In this document: one piece after another, positions 38,519 to 50,954 of the stretch | How the letters are laid out: every line of letters starts with the position of its first letter | Numbering within the stretch: the first letter of the stretch is position 1 | Assembly: GCA_002376065.1 (NCBI GenBank) | Contig: DFNN01000135.1 | Location: 1,339-65,338 of the forward strand | Length of the DNA stretch: 64,000 nucleotides | Reading direction: 5' to 3' | From: Bacillales bacterium UBA3566 | GTDB lineage: Bacteria > Bacillota_I > Bacilli_A > Izemoplasmatales > Izemoplasmataceae | The notes under the pieces: model-generated | The model's input: the letters and a program-made list of their open reading frames with translations, nothing else | The model's database searches: none | Told to the model about the DNA's origin: nothing | Translations under genes and position numbers: made by a program

Positions 38519-39428
38519 AGTCATTAAAAAGTTCTGTTGATAGATATCGTTCACCGTTACTAGGTGAAACCGTGAGGATAGATTTTCCTGCACCTACTTT
38601 TTTAGCTAAATCTAAGGCTGCATAAACATTTGCTCCTGTAGAAATACCAGCAAATATCCCTAATGTTCTAGCAAGTATTCTTGCAGTTGAAAATGCTTCT
38701 TCATCAGTAACTGTTAAAACTTCATCATAGACTGATGTGTTGAGTATTTTTGGAATAAATCCTGCACCGATTCCTTGGATTTTGTGAGGACCAGGCTCTT
38801 TTCCACTTAGTACAGCTGATGTTTTTGGTTCGACTGCTTTTATGGATATATTTGGAATCTTATCTTTGAGAATAGTTCCTACACCAGTGATTGTTCCACC
38901 TGTGCCTACACCGGCAATAAAGTAATCTAAATCTGGTAAATCTTCATAGATTTCTAAAGCTGTATGGAGCATGTGTGCTTTTGGATTATTTAAGTTTTCA
39001 AACTGCATTGGCATAAAGAAATCATTTTCTATTGCCAATTCTTGTGCTACTCTAATAGACTCTTTTATTCCTTTTTCTGCAGGTGTTAAGATTAATTTTG
39101 CACCATATCCTTTTAATATTTTTCTTCTTTCAATACTTAAACTATCAGGCATTGTTAGAATAATTGGGTATTGTTTTGAAGCTGCTACCATTGCAAGACC
39201 AATACCGGTGTTTCCACTTGTTGGTTCAATGATTGTCTGTCCTTTTTTTAATAATCCTTGATTTTCAGCAGCATCGATCATTTGAATAGCAATCCGATCC
39301 TTCACACTTCCTCCAGGATTATACCATTCTAATTTTAAGTAGACATCAGCCATATTTTCATCGCATAAGCCGTCCAATTTTATGATGGGTGTATCACCAA
39401 TTAATTCATATATATTATTTACGATCAT
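38517..39428 (-). CDS. cysK: cysteine synthase A (O-acetylserine sulfhydrylase)
   Basis: PLP-lysine motif NPGGSVKDRIA, plus TSGNTGIGLA and GTGGTITG. Confidence 0.95.
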   Translation of the reverse strand: MIVNNIYELIGDTPIIKLDGLCDENMADVYLKLEWYNPGGSVKDRIAIQMIDAAENQGLLKKGQTIIEPTSGNTGIGLAMVAASKQYPIILTMPDSLSIERRKILKGYGAKLILTPAEKGIKESIRVAQELAIENDFFMPMQFENLNNPKAHMLHTALEIYEDLPDLDYFIAGVGTGGTITGVGTILKDKIPNISIKAVEPKTSAVLSGKEPGPHKIQGIGAGFIPKILNTSVYDEVLTVTDEEAFSTARILARTLGIFAGISTGANVYAALDLAKKVGAGKSILTVSPSNGERYLSTELFND

Positions 39429-39489
39429 TTTATCACTCCTTTGTAGTATCTATTATAACGATTTAAGGAACTATTTCATAATATAATGG

Positions 39490-39518
39490 AAAAAAAAAGA
39501 ACCAATCATTGATTGGTT

Positions 39519-39520
<2 letters not shown>
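39490..39520 (-). terminator. rho-independent terminator of lysS
   Basis: AGAACCAATC / GATTGGTTCT stem. The plus-strand A9 run gives a U-run on the minus-strand transcript. Confidence 0.85.
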
Positions 39521-41021
<1,501 letters not shown>

Positions 41022-41040
41022 TTAATCGCTATATTATAAC

Positions 41041-41079
41041 ACAAATAAAACAAAATAGTACAGTGTTGTACTATTTTGT
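41041..41079 (-). terminator. rho-independent terminator of the ZnuA-like gene
   Basis: CAAAATAGTACA / TGTACTATTTTG 12-bp stem overlapping the stop codon. T-rich tail on the minus strand. Confidence 0.7.
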
Positions 41080-42051
41080 TGCGGATTCTAATACTTCTAG
41101 ATTTTGGTACATAATTGACATATATGTTTTTCCACTATCTCGCTCTTCTATAGATATATTTCCTAATCCATAGATAAATAGTTTATCAGCTGATTCCATA
41201 TTTTCTTGTAATGCTTCTAACAATTGTTCTCCTGCTGGAGAATTTGTATTCGATTCGAACAAGATATATTGAATTTCATGGAACTGTGCTTCTTCAACGA
41301 ATTCGATGATATCACCTGGAATGTCTTCAGTAGAATGAGCACTCATAGATAGTGATAATATTTCAATTTCATAACGAGCATGCCAATACATGAACAACAT
41401 AGATGTTGTAATGATAGGTTTCACAGCTTGATCAGCCATGCTTTGATAGTCTTCATGGAGTTTTTCAAGTGCAGCACTTAAAACAGTAAAGTTCGTATTA
41501 TACAACTCACTATTTTCAGGAAAAGTAACAAGCAATTTATCTCGAACGAGTTCTGCAGCTTCAAGCATACGAACAGGGTCTAACCAAAAATGAGGATCAT
41601 CCGATAATGCATTTGGATCACATACTTCAGATTCCTCATCAGAATGTTCTTCCTCTTCATGGTCATGAGTGTGTGTGTAGCAAACTTGATTGTAAGTGAT
41701 TGTTTTAGAAACATCAATTAATTCAACATCTGCATCTTTAAAAGTAGTATCTGCGTTGTTTGGAATATAAGTATCCACACCAGCATTTACATAAAATAGC
41801 AAATCAGCGTTTATCATATCAATGATTTCCTTTGCACTCCAATCGATTGAATCGCTGTGAGTGTTTGATCCTGGCACTCTTTGGACATCAACAGTATCAC
41901 CTGCGATTTGTTTAACCAAATATTCCATAGGATATACAGTTACATAAACAACATTTTCCGAAGTAGTTTCATTGTCTTCACCGCATGCAGCGAGTGTAAA
42001 TACTGCAAGGAAAAATAAAAGTAGTATGATTGTTTTTTTCATTTTTATCAC
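41071..42051 (-). CDS. metal (Zn/Mn) ABC transporter substrate-binding lipoprotein, ZnuA/AdcA/TroA family
   Basis: Lipobox TLAACGE. His/acidic loop THTHDHEEEEHSDEESEV. DPHFWLDP motif. Confidence 0.8.
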   Translation of the reverse strand: MIKMKKTIILLLFFLAVFTLAACGEDNETTSENVVYVTVYPMEYLVKQIAGDTVDVQRVPGSNTHSDSIDWSAKEIIDMINADLLFYVNAGVDTYIPNNADTTFKDADVELIDVSKTITYNQVCYTHTHDHEEEEHSDEESEVCDPNALSDDPHFWLDPVRMLEAAELVRDKLLVTFPENSELYNTNFTVLSAALEKLHEDYQSMADQAVKPIITTSMLFMYWHARYEIEILSLSMSAHSTEDIPGDIIEFVEEAQFHEIQYILFESNTNSPAGEQLLEALQENMESADKLFIYGLGNISIEERDSGKTYMSIMYQNLEVLESATK

Positions 42052-42093
42052 CTTTTCATTGATTATATAAGAATTTTTTTAAAAATGCAATCA

Positions 42094-42348
42094 CTAAATA
42101 CGCTTTTCTTCGATGATTTCAAACATATTTTGAGCATCTTCTTTTTTTGTTGAACTATTTAATTCTAGGACTTTTACAACAAGAAGCTTATTTCCAAATT
42201 GAATTGAAACAATATCGCCTTCTTCAAGATTTGTGCTTGCTTTTGCAAGAGAATTATTCACTTCGATTCGACCATTATCTGCGATTTCTTTTGCAATTGT
42301 TCGTCTTTTTATAATTCTTGATACTTTTAAAAATTTATCTAGTCTCAT
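42094..42348 (-). CDS. S4-domain RNA-binding protein (YabO/Hsp15-like)
   Basis: 84 aa. [21 protein letters not shown]...GRIEVNN S4 signature. Confidence 0.8.
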   Translation of the reverse strand: MRLDKFLKVSRIIKRRTIAKEIADNGRIEVNNSLAKASTNLEEGDIVSIQFGNKLLVVKVLELNSSTKKEDAQNMFEIIEEKRI

Positions 42349-42365
42349 TTTGTACTCCTATTTGC

Positions 42366-42391
42366 ATAAAAAGGGGAATAATCCCCTTTTT
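42366..42391 (-). terminator. hairpin terminator after ftsH
   Basis: AAAAAGGGGA-ATAA-TCCCCTTTTT, symmetric A/T flanks. Confidence 0.8.
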
Positions 42392-44366
42392 ATTCTTCAT
42401 CTTTTTTGTTTTCTTCAGGTTCTTTGGGTGTTACGATATTTGGAGGTGACTCATTATCATCTCGCGAATTATCTCTTGGTTCGTTTGCAGCTTCTTGCTT
42501 CGCTTTTTTCTTTTCCCACCAACCAAGTTGAGTAGTATCAACGATTTCATAAATATCTTCTTTCGTTAATGTTTCGACTTCTAAAAGATATTTTGCGATT
42601 CGTTTAACCAAATCAATGTTTTCAGTTAAAATGTTTTTAGCATTAGTATAACACTCATCAATAATTTTACGAACTTCAGTATCAATTTCTAATGCCACTT
42701 GATCACTGAAAGTTTTATCCACAGCATAATCTCTACCTAGAAATACAGAACCACGACGTTTTTCATATTGGATTGGTCCTAGTGAACTCATTCCGTACTC
42801 TGTCACCATTGCTCTTGCTATTTCAGTTGCTTTTTGGAAGTCGTTATGTGCGCCGGTAGATACTTCATTGAATATAATCTCTTCACTAACACGACCACCT
42901 AAAAGTCCAGTTATTTGGTCTATTAAACTATTTCGTGTCATTAAGAATGATTCTTCTTCTTCAGGAAGCATTAATGCATAACCACCAGCTTCACCTCGAG
43001 GAATGATTGTTACTTTATGAACAATATTTGCGTTATCTAATTTAATCCCCAATACTGCGTGTCCAGCTTCGTGGTGGGCAATAAAATTACGCTCACGTTT
43101 TGTAAATACGCGTGACTTTTTCGCAGGACCCATCATTACACGGTCTACTGCTTCATCAATATGATAAATCTTGATGAATGGCTTATTTTCTCTAGCTGCA
43201 AGTAACGCGGCTTCATTTAATAAGTTTTCTAAATCAGCTCCAGTAAATCCTGGAGTTCTTCTAGCAATTTCTTGGAAAGTAATTTTTGGATCGATTTTTT
43301 TATTTTTTGCATGTACTTTTAAAATAGCTTGGCGACCTTTGATGTCAGGACGTCCAATTGTTATTTGACGGTCAAAACGACCAGGTCTTAATAACGCAGG
43401 GTCTAAAACGTCAGCACGGTTTGTAGCAGCCATAACGATGATTCCTGAATTTGTTCCAAAACCGTCCATTTCAACAAGTAACTGGTTTAGGGTTTGTTCA
43501 CGTTCGTCATGACCTCCACCAACACCTGTACCTCTTTGGCGACCTACAGCATCAATTTCATCGATGAAAACGATACATGGTGAGTTTTGCTTCGCTGTTT
43601 TGAACATATCACGGACACGGCTTGCACCAACTCCGACAAACATTTCAACAAAATCAGAACCACTAATCGAATAGAATGGAACATCTGCTTCTCCAGCAAC
43701 TGCTCTAGCAAGCAATGTTTTCCCTGTTCCTGGAGGACCTACTAATAGTATACCAGTGGGTATTCTTGCACCCAACGCCATATATTTTTTTGGGTTTTTC
43801 AAGAAATCAATTATTTCTGCCATTTCTTCTTTTTCTTCATCTACACCTGCAACATTTGCAAATGTTGTTGTTTTTCCCTTATTTAAGCGAGCTTTATTTT
43901 TACCGAAATCAAACGCTTGTTTGTTTCCGCCTCCACTACGCATAAAGAACCCAACAATGACGAGTAAAATAATGATTGGTAAAATAATCACAATAATATT
44001 TAAGAAACCATAAGTAGCTCCTGGTTCATGAGTGTAATCAACATTGTTATCTTTCGCAAGTTGAATGACATTTTGCAAAGAATCTTGTGTCGGTAAGACT
44101 ACGGTATAACTTGCTCCGTTGTTAAGTTGTCCAACTAATTCATAAGCCCCAGCATTAATATCTCCTGGTGTAGGAGTAGATTCAATTGTAGAAACTTCTC
44201 CGTTTTCAATTTTTGTTACAAAATCAGTATAATTATAGGTAATTACTTCCTCACTAGTACCAGTAAATCGAAATACAATAGCTACAATGAAAGCTAAGAT
44301 AATCCCCATAACAATGAGGTTTCCGAATCGGCTTTGAGGAGGTTTTATTTGTTTTTTGTCAGCCAT
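42390..44366 (-). CDS. ftsH: ATP-dependent zinc metalloprotease FtsH
   Basis: Two TM helices. AAA+ Walker [12 protein letters not shown], Walker [10 protein letters not shown], second region of homology (SRH). Zn motif HEAGHA. Confidence 0.97.
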   Translation of the reverse strand: MADKKQIKPPQSRFGNLIVMGIILAFIVAIVFRFTGTSEEVITYNYTDFVTKIENGEVSTIESTPTPGDINAGAYELVGQLNNGASYTVVLPTQDSLQNVIQLAKDNNVDYTHEPGATYGFLNIIVIILPIIILLVIVGFFMRSGGGNKQAFDFGKNKARLNKGKTTTFANVAGVDEEKEEMAEIIDFLKNPKKYMALGARIPTGILLVGPPGTGKTLLARAVAGEADVPFYSISGSDFVEMFVGVGASRVRDMFKTAKQNSPCIVFIDEIDAVGRQRGTGVGGGHDEREQTLNQLLVEMDGFGTNSGIIVMAATNRADVLDPALLRPGRFDRQITIGRPDIKGRQAILKVHAKNKKIDPKITFQEIARRTPGFTGADLENLLNEAALLAARENKPFIKIYHIDEAVDRVMMGPAKKSRVFTKRERNFIAHHEAGHAVLGIKLDNANIVHKVTIIPRGEAGGYALMLPEEEESFLMTRNSLIDQITGLLGGRVSEEIIFNEVSTGAHNDFQKATEIARAMVTEYGMSSLGPIQYEKRRGSVFLGRDYAVDKTFSDQVALEIDTEVRKIIDECYTNAKNILTENIDLVKRIAKYLLEVETLTKEDIYEIVDTTQLGWWEKKKAKQEAANEPRDNSRDDNESPPNIVTPKEPEENKKDEE

Positions 44367-44377
44367 AGTTTCACTCC

Positions 44378-44917
44378 TTATTTATATACGCTTTGCTTTA
44401 ATACTCCGACATATGGCAAATTGCGATATTTTTCATTAAAATCTAAGCCAAATCCAACAACAAACTCTTTTGGAATGACTTTTCCAACATATTCAGGAGA
44501 AAGTTCTACGACTCTTCCTGCAGGTTTATCTAGTAACGTTGCTATTTTTACACTTTTTGCACCACGATATTTTAGCAGTTCTGTGATGACTTTGATGGTT
44601 CTTCCTGTATCTACGATATCTTCAGCTATGATAATATCTCTTCCAGAAACTGAAATATCTAAGTCTTTTGATATCTTTACGTCCCCTGAAGATTCAATTC
44701 CACCATGATAACTAGAGACATCCATAAATGCTAGTTCTACGTGAATATCCATTTCAGTTACGAGCATTCCCATAAATGGAACACACCCTTTTAACAATCC
44801 AATGACTAATGGAAATTGTCCACGATAGTCATCAGATAACTGTTTACCCATTTTTTCAGCAATCTCTTTAATCTCTTCTGCGCTTACTAATACTTTTTCA
44901 ATATCATTATCTAACAT
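44378..44917 (-). CDS. hpt: hypoxanthine phosphoribosyltransferase
   Basis: 179 aa. PRPP-binding IIAEDIVDTGRT. Lies in the tilS-hpt-ftsH order. Confidence 0.93.
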   Translation of the reverse strand: MLDNDIEKVLVSAEEIKEIAEKMGKQLSDDYRGQFPLVIGLLKGCVPFMGMLVTEMDIHVELAFMDVSSYHGGIESSGDVKISKDLDISVSGRDIIIAEDIVDTGRTIKVITELLKYRGAKSVKIATLLDKPAGRVVELSPEYVGKVIPKEFVVGFGLDFNEKYRNLPYVGVLKQSVYK

Positions 44918-46236
44918 TCGTTCACCTCGTATATATATAGTTTATTTGGTTTGTTTTGTTGGTATCCTTTTTTGACATCAACAATCCAATGTACAATTTC
45001 TTGATCTGATAAAAGGATTAATTTATCTCTTCTTGATAGTGGTATTTTTTGATCAATTAATACATCTTTTATTTTTTTTGTACCCTCTTTTAGCTTTATT
45101 CTATCACCGTTTTTACGGTTTCTTAGGTAAAGCGGAAATACTTTATCATTATAACATAGTTCAAAATAATTTCTATGATTATGTTCTAATTTTTCAAAGC
45201 TAAAGATGAAACTACGATTATCATCTACAAAATATTCTCCTACTTGATGAATCTCTATATCTATAGGACAATGGTTTTGTATTTTTTCGATGTAAAAAAC
45301 CTCGTATTCTTTAATCCACTCATAAGTTTTGCCTAGAGAATAAAATTGATTTGGTTGATCAGATTTTGCAAGATCAATAAGCTTTTGATACTGTTTATAA
45401 GAAACCTCAACGGTATCATTTGATGCTTTATTGATGACGCGTTCTAATACTTTGATTTGAATCATTTTATCTAGTTTATTAAAAGCTTTTATGGGGATTG
45501 TGGCATAGATATAATGTTCTTTCATAAATAAATTACAGGCGTGATTTAATATATCATCTGTATCTTCCATATACTGAGTAAATTGAATCATTTTCTCATA
45601 GAAGGACGGGTTTTCTTCTTTTAACAATGGGAGTATTTGATTCCTGAATCTATTTCTAGTATAAGTATTTTCTATATTGCTCTTATCTTCAAAAAAGAGC
45701 AAATCATGTTGAAGTGCGTAGGCATATAATTGCTCTTTCGGAATATCTAGAAAGGGTCGGATTATTTCAATGTTTCGGTTTTTTATATGGCTTTTCATGC
45801 CAGCATAACCAGAAAAAGAAGAACCTCTTGTGATGCGCATAAAAACTGTTTCGATTTGATCGTCTAAATGGTGTGCTGTAAGAATTTTCTTAGCATTATA
45901 CTTCATTGCTAAACCGTGAAAAAATTGGTAACGAGCTTTTCTTGATTCTGCTTGAAAATTGTTTTTACCTTGATGATGATAAGTGTACCCTTCAAAAGGG
46001 TATTTATATTTGATAGCAACTTCTTTGATTGCTTTGTATTCTTGATCAGACTCGATTCTTTGCTTATGATTTACGTGTGCAATAATAATAGGGTTAGATT
46101 TGTAGGCTTTTGATATGACGTCTAAAAGAACCATTGAGTCAACGCCGCCGCTAACCGCAATGATGATTGGTTCATTTTTATCAAATAAATGTTTCTTCTT
46201 GATTGATGTTATTAGTTGACTATTCATAGGAATCAC
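44911..46236 (-). CDS. tilS: tRNA(Ile)-lysidine synthase
   Basis: PP-loop AVSGGVDSMVLL, HHLDDQIET, and a C-terminal TilS substrate-binding domain. Confidence 0.92.
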   Translation of the reverse strand: MIPMNSQLITSIKKKHLFDKNEPIIIAVSGGVDSMVLLDVISKAYKSNPIIIAHVNHKQRIESDQEYKAIKEVAIKYKYPFEGYTYHHQGKNNFQAESRKARYQFFHGLAMKYNAKKILTAHHLDDQIETVFMRITRGSSFSGYAGMKSHIKNRNIEIIRPFLDIPKEQLYAYALQHDLLFFEDKSNIENTYTRNRFRNQILPLLKEENPSFYEKMIQFTQYMEDTDDILNHACNLFMKEHYIYATIPIKAFNKLDKMIQIKVLERVINKASNDTVEVSYKQYQKLIDLAKSDQPNQFYSLGKTYEWIKEYEVFYIEKIQNHCPIDIEIHQVGEYFVDDNRSFIFSFEKLEHNHRNYFELCYNDKVFPLYLRNRKNGDRIKLKEGTKKIKDVLIDQKIPLSRRDKLILLSDQEIVHWIVDVKKGYQQNKPNKLYIYEVNEC

Positions 46237-46365
46237 CTTTCATATATTATACCATATGTTAAATATTTTGTGTGTAAGTCGTATTTTTGATTAACAAATA
46301 TTAACGTGAGAATTGTTTTTATTGTGATATAATATAATCAATATACTTAAGAATGGAGAAAGACT

Positions 46366-47685
46366 ATGTTTAAACTAAAAGGATTAAGCAAGAAAGAACG
46401 AGCATGGGTATTATATGATATAGCGAATTCGGCATTTGTTTTAACAGTAATCACAGTATTATTTCCAATTCTTTATGAGGGCGTTTATATGGCGGATCAT
46501 GTTGCTTCAGGCATTGATGCAGGTACAACACAATATCAGTCATTGTGGCAAAATGGATCTCGAATATTTAAGTATCTTACAAGTGCGATAGCTTTAACTG
46601 TTGCAGTGTTAAGCCCTATTATGGGTGCTTGGTCAAATTATCGTGGAAATAAAAAGAAATTCTTTAAAATATTTTTGTTTATGGGTATTATTGGAGGATT
46701 TGGTATAGCGATTCCGGGCTTGGACTGGTTACTTTTGTTGGTGATTTTTACAATCTCTAGTATCGGGTATAATTTAACCAATGTTATTTATGATGCTTTC
46801 TTGGTTGATGTAGCGGATGAAGAAAGATTAGATTTAATAAGTTCTACAGGATTTGCTTGGGGATATATTGGAAGTTTGATTCCGTTCTTCATTGGAATTA
46901 TCCCTTATGCTTTGGTTACTTTTGGTATGTTAGATGAAAGTTTAGGCCATATTGCCATTAGTTTTGCATTTATTGTGGCTGTTGTATGGTGGTTAATATA
47001 TTCTATTCCGATTATTAAAAATGTTGATCAAATGTACAATATTGAACAAACACCAAAATCATTAGGTAAATCTTTAAAAAGATTGGGTAAAACGTTTGTT
47101 GAGATTCGTGCATATAAATACATCTTTTTGTTTTTGATTGCTTATTTATTATATATAGATGTTGTTAACTCAGTTATTCGATTGGCTACTAACATTGGAT
47201 CTGATTTAGGTATTGGAAGCGCAACGATGCTTGGTGTAATTGTGATGGTTCAATTAATCGCCTTTCCTTCTGCAATCATCTATGGTAGATTAACAGCTAA
47301 ATTTGGTGGTAAAAACATGATATACTATGGTATATTTATGTACGCAATTAGTGTTATTTTTGTATTTTTAATCCGTGATGATACGAAATATTTAATGTGG
47401 GTCGTGGGTGCGTTGATTGGTACAGCACAAGGTGGTATACAGTCTGTTAGTAGAAGCTATTTTGCCCGTATGCTGCCAATTGAGAAAGCCAATGATTTCT
47501 TTGGGTTCTTTAGTGTATTTGGGCGCTTTGGTGGTATCTTCTCACCATTTATTATCGCATCATTCCAAAAATCTTTGGGAATCAATACAGCAGTATTATT
47601 GTTGCTTGTTCCATTAGCGATAGCGGTCGTATTATTATTGTTTGTAAAAGATGAAAAAGTAAGAAAGGATATTGAATTTGAATAA
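46366..47685 (+). CDS. MFS transporter (UMF1/Atg22-like family)
   Basis: 439 aa, about 12 TM helices. N-terminal ERAWVLYDIANSAF pattern. Confidence 0.65.
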   Translation: MFKLKGLSKKERAWVLYDIANSAFVLTVITVLFPILYEGVYMADHVASGIDAGTTQYQSLWQNGSRIFKYLTSAIALTVAVLSPIMGAWSNYRGNKKKFFKIFLFMGIIGGFGIAIPGLDWLLLLVIFTISSIGYNLTNVIYDAFLVDVADEERLDLISSTGFAWGYIGSLIPFFIGIIPYALVTFGMLDESLGHIAISFAFIVAVVWWLIYSIPIIKNVDQMYNIEQTPKSLGKSLKRLGKTFVEIRAYKYIFLFLIAYLLYIDVVNSVIRLATNIGSDLGIGSATMLGVIVMVQLIAFPSAIIYGRLTAKFGGKNMIYYGIFMYAISVIFVFLIRDDTKYLMWVVGALIGTAQGGIQSVSRSYFARMLPIEKANDFFGFFSVFGRFGGIFSPFIIASFQKSLGINTAVLLLLVPLAIAVVLLLFVKDEKVRKDIEFE

Positions 47686-48238
47686 AATTGTATTAGCTAG
47701 TCAATCACCAAGAAGAAAAGAATTAATGGCATTATTGGAACACGATTTTATTGTTGCGAAAAGCGATGTTGAAGAAATTTTTGATCATCATCTTGAAGTT
47801 CATGATATGGCAATGGATTTGGCACTTCAAAAGGCAAAAGATGTGGCAAAGGACTATGAGAATTCATTGGTATTAGGATTTGATACGATTGTGGTTTATC
47901 AAGAATATGTGCTTGGAAAACCGAAAGATGATCAAGATGCAAAAGAAATGCTTAAGTTGCTTTCTGGAAATAAACATCAGGTCATTACTGGCGTTGCTAT
48001 CATTCACAACAGCCAAAAAGAAATCTTTTATGCAACGACAGATGTTGTATTTCGAGATATTGACGATGATGAAATTGACACATATATTCGGTTTAAGGAA
48101 CACCTAGATAAAGCTGGGGCTTACGCTATTCAAGGGAAAGCAGCGAAATTTGTAAAAGAAATTTCTGGTGATTTTTATAATGTAATGGGGTTACCAGTAT
48201 CAATGTTATATCAGGCGTTAAAAAAATATGAAAAATAG
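47672..48238 (+). CDS. maf: Maf-family nucleoside-triphosphate pyrophosphatase
   Basis: ILASQSPRRKELM, GFDTIV, and AGAYAIQG motifs. TTG start overlaps the MFS gene end. Confidence 0.9.
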   Translation: MNLNKIVLASQSPRRKELMALLEHDFIVAKSDVEEIFDHHLEVHDMAMDLALQKAKDVAKDYENSLVLGFDTIVVYQEYVLGKPKDDQDAKEMLKLLSGNKHQVITGVAIIHNSQKEIFYATTDVVFRDIDDDEIDTYIRFKEHLDKAGAYAIQGKAAKFVKEISGDFYNVMGLPVSMLYQALKKYEK

Positions 48239-48258
48239 GGGAATCCCTATTTTTTTTC
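48235..48258 (+). terminator. rho-independent terminator
   Basis: ATAGGG-GAAT-CCCTAT followed by T8. Confidence 0.75.
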
Positions 48259-48362
48259 TTCTTTTCTGCAATTTGTTGTACAATATATGTAGGATAGAGA
48301 AATACCATAGACAGCTGTTTTTCTTTATGATACATTGGAGTTGTCTTTAAAGGAGTGGTGGT

Positions 48363-48884
48363 ATGTTTCAAGTCAAGATGCGTCATTTGAATGAAAAAGA
48401 AGTAAAAGAGAAATTACATATTTCTTCTTCAAAATCATACAAGTATGTATTGACAGATGACAAAGATCTTACAGAAGATGGCAAGATATCAATTGTGTTT
48501 CAAGAACATCATATGACAGAAATCAATAAACTAATTGATTACTTAGTCTTAGGCGAAGAGGTTTTTATAACCGGCTACAATGAGCATGGAGAAAAACGTG
48601 TGGATACACGTAATATTTTGTATTTTATCATTATAGGTGATGATTTACACGCTGTGCTTTTGCAGACCAGACTTATAGTAAGATATAAGTTATATGAGTT
48701 AGAGGAATTGCTTGAACAAAAAGGATTTATAAGAACAAGTAAACACGCAATTGTTAATATTACAAAAATAAACTATATTAAGCCTGCCATCAATTCAAAA
48801 ATCGAACTTGAAATGATCAACAAAGACATCATTGAAGTGAATCGAAGTTATTTAAAATCCTTTAAAGAATCTTTGAAAAAATAA
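48363..48884 (+). CDS. LytTR-domain DNA-binding protein (no receiver domain)
   Basis: C-terminal LytTR pattern: ILYFIIIGDDLHAVLLQTRLIVRYKLYELEELL...FIRTSKHAIVNITKI...IEVNRSY. Confidence 0.7.
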   Translation: MFQVKMRHLNEKEVKEKLHISSSKSYKYVLTDDKDLTEDGKISIVFQEHHMTEINKLIDYLVLGEEVFITGYNEHGEKRVDTRNILYFIIIGDDLHAVLLQTRLIVRYKLYELEELLEQKGFIRTSKHAIVNITKINYIKPAINSKIELEMINKDIIEVNRSYLKSFKESLKK

Positions 48885-48897
48885 AGGAGGTTTTTCT

Positions 48898-50946
48898 ATG
48901 CTATTTCTTTTTAATAACCCGTTGTTATTGATTGGATTATTATTGATTTTGACGTTGATGTTTTTACTAGGAAAGCAAATGGTAAAAGAGATACATTATA
49001 ACCATCTGCTGGCACATAAAAAAAGAGCTTTACGATATTATGATGGAGAAGTACCAACCAATAAAAGGTTATATATGATTGGAAGTCTAGCGCTTGCTCC
49101 TGTACTTGTTATAGGTTTGTTTTTGGGGATTAGATTATCAGCGGATGATGCGTTTGTTGATGATCAATTTTTACAGATTTCAAACGGACAACAAATTGTC
49201 GAATTACAAAAAGATTTCCGTGAGAAATATTTAACAAGCTATCGTAATTATCTATTTGGTTTTGCTATGATGGAAGACGATTTTACTGCTGTACCAGAAA
49301 CCGATGCATCTGAAGATGCAGGAGGAGAGGGCAGTGATGATTACTCTGATACCAACAATCAAGTTGAAGGTGTAGATGAGATGGATAACGTTGTGACTGA
49401 TGGGAAGTTTATTTATACTATTCAACAGAATAAAATTGTTATTACATTGGCTTATACTTTAGAAGACGAATATGATGTGTTAGGGCACTACAAAACAATC
49501 ACTTATGAAGATAGTTTTAACCCTACAGGACTCTATATTGATGATGATTATCTTGTTGTTATTGGATATGATTATATGCAATATGATGAGAAACAAAATG
49601 ATGACGTGGGTTTACCAGAAGGTGATTATTACTACGGATATTACTATCAAAGTCAAGTTGGAGTTAAAGTATATGATGTGAAAAATGATTATACAATAGA
49701 TCATTCTTACCTTTTTGAAGGTAATATGATTGGGACTAGAAAAATAGAAGATCAGTTGATTATCATTACATCTAATTATTTACCTTATTCAGAAGAAGAG
49801 GAAATAAATATGGATGAATACTTGCCAACTTACTATGTGGATGAACAAGAGTTTGTTGCTGATTATGAAGATGTTCGTTACATAGAAGGTAGTAATCCAA
49901 ATGTATTTTTAACGTTCTATAGTTTGAATCTAGGAACCAAAGAAGTGGATCAAAATATTTTATTGGGAGACTCTGCTTATAACTTATATGTCTCTAATGA
50001 CAATATTTATTTGGTCGGAAGTGTTTATATGTTTTCTCCTTTGGCGGATGTTGTAAATTTAGAAGATCCGATAACAGAAACAAAAACAGCGATTATAAAA
50101 TTATCAATTGATGAATATGATTTGACATTTAGAAATCTTGCTCATATTGAGGGATTTACCTTAAATCAGTTTTCAATGGATGAATATCAAGGGTATTTAA
50201 GAATCACAACAACGACCAGTAGATGGCGTTTTGGTGATGGTGAAATCAATAATAGGTTGTACATTTTAGATGAAGAATTAAACATTGTAAGTGAACTTGA
50301 AAACCTCGGGAAACCAGGAGAAACGATCCAATCTACGAGATTTGTTGGAGAGTATGCGTATTTGGTCACATTTGAACAAACAGATCCATTTTACGTTATT
50401 AATGTTGCTGATCCAGAAAATCCATTCGTAGAAGGTGAATTAGAAATACCTGGATTTAGTGCCTATTTACAACCATTCGGGCAAGACTTTATGCTTGGGA
50501 TAGGGTTTGGAGATTCCAAAGGTGGAACACAAGGTGTGAAGATATCACTTTATGATATTCGTGATAAAACTAACCCATTAGTTCATGATGAAATTATTTT
50601 TGAGTATAGTGAATTTGGTTTTGCTTATACAAGTGTTACATATAATCATAAAGATTTGTTGTTGAGTTATGCGAAAGGTTTAATCGCGTTGCCGTTTACT
50701 TCATATGATTATTCTAGTGAAAGTGGCCAATACTATAATAGTGGGATCATGGTATTTCATATAGATGATGAAGGAATGTTTTCATTTGGTGGATTTGTGC
50801 AACACGAGGAAGATTCGGAAGAAAATATCTATGTGTATAAGAGTAAGTTTATCGATCAATATCTATATACAGTAAGCAATAAATATATCAAAGTATCAAC
50901 GATTGAAGATCCATTAGGTATACTTAACAGTACAGAAATAGAGTAA
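48898..50946 (+). CDS. membrane-anchored beta-propeller domain protein (COG4880 / Beta_propel family)
   Basis: N-terminal TM helices. TNNQVEGVDEMDNVVTDGKFIYT and RFVGEYAYLVTFEQTDPFYVINVADPENPFVEGELEIPGFSAYLQP match the family signature as I remember it. Confidence 0.75.
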   Translation: MLFLFNNPLLLIGLLLILTLMFLLGKQMVKEIHYNHLLAHKKRALRYYDGEVPTNKRLYMIGSLALAPVLVIGLFLGIRLSADDAFVDDQFLQISNGQQIVELQKDFREKYLTSYRNYLFGFAMMEDDFTAVPETDASEDAGGEGSDDYSDTNNQVEGVDEMDNVVTDGKFIYTIQQNKIVITLAYTLEDEYDVLGHYKTITYEDSFNPTGLYIDDDYLVVIGYDYMQYDEKQNDDVGLPEGDYYYGYYYQSQVGVKVYDVKNDYTIDHSYLFEGNMIGTRKIEDQLIIITSNYLPYSEEEEINMDEYLPTYYVDEQEFVADYEDVRYIEGSNPNVFLTFYSLNLGTKEVDQNILLGDSAYNLYVSNDNIYLVGSVYMFSPLADVVNLEDPITETKTAIIKLSIDEYDLTFRNLAHIEGFTLNQFSMDEYQGYLRITTTTSRWRFGDGEINNRLYILDEELNIVSELENLGKPGETIQSTRFVGEYAYLVTFEQTDPFYVINVADPENPFVEGELEIPGFSAYLQPFGQDFMLGIGFGDSKGGTQGVKISLYDIRDKTNPLVHDEIIFEYSEFGFAYTSVTYNHKDLLLSYAKGLIALPFTSYDYSSESGQYYNSGIMVFHIDDEGMFSFGGFVQHEEDSEENIYVYKSKFIDQYLYTVSNKYIKVSTIEDPLGILNSTEIE

Positions 50947-50954
50947 ACAAAAAA

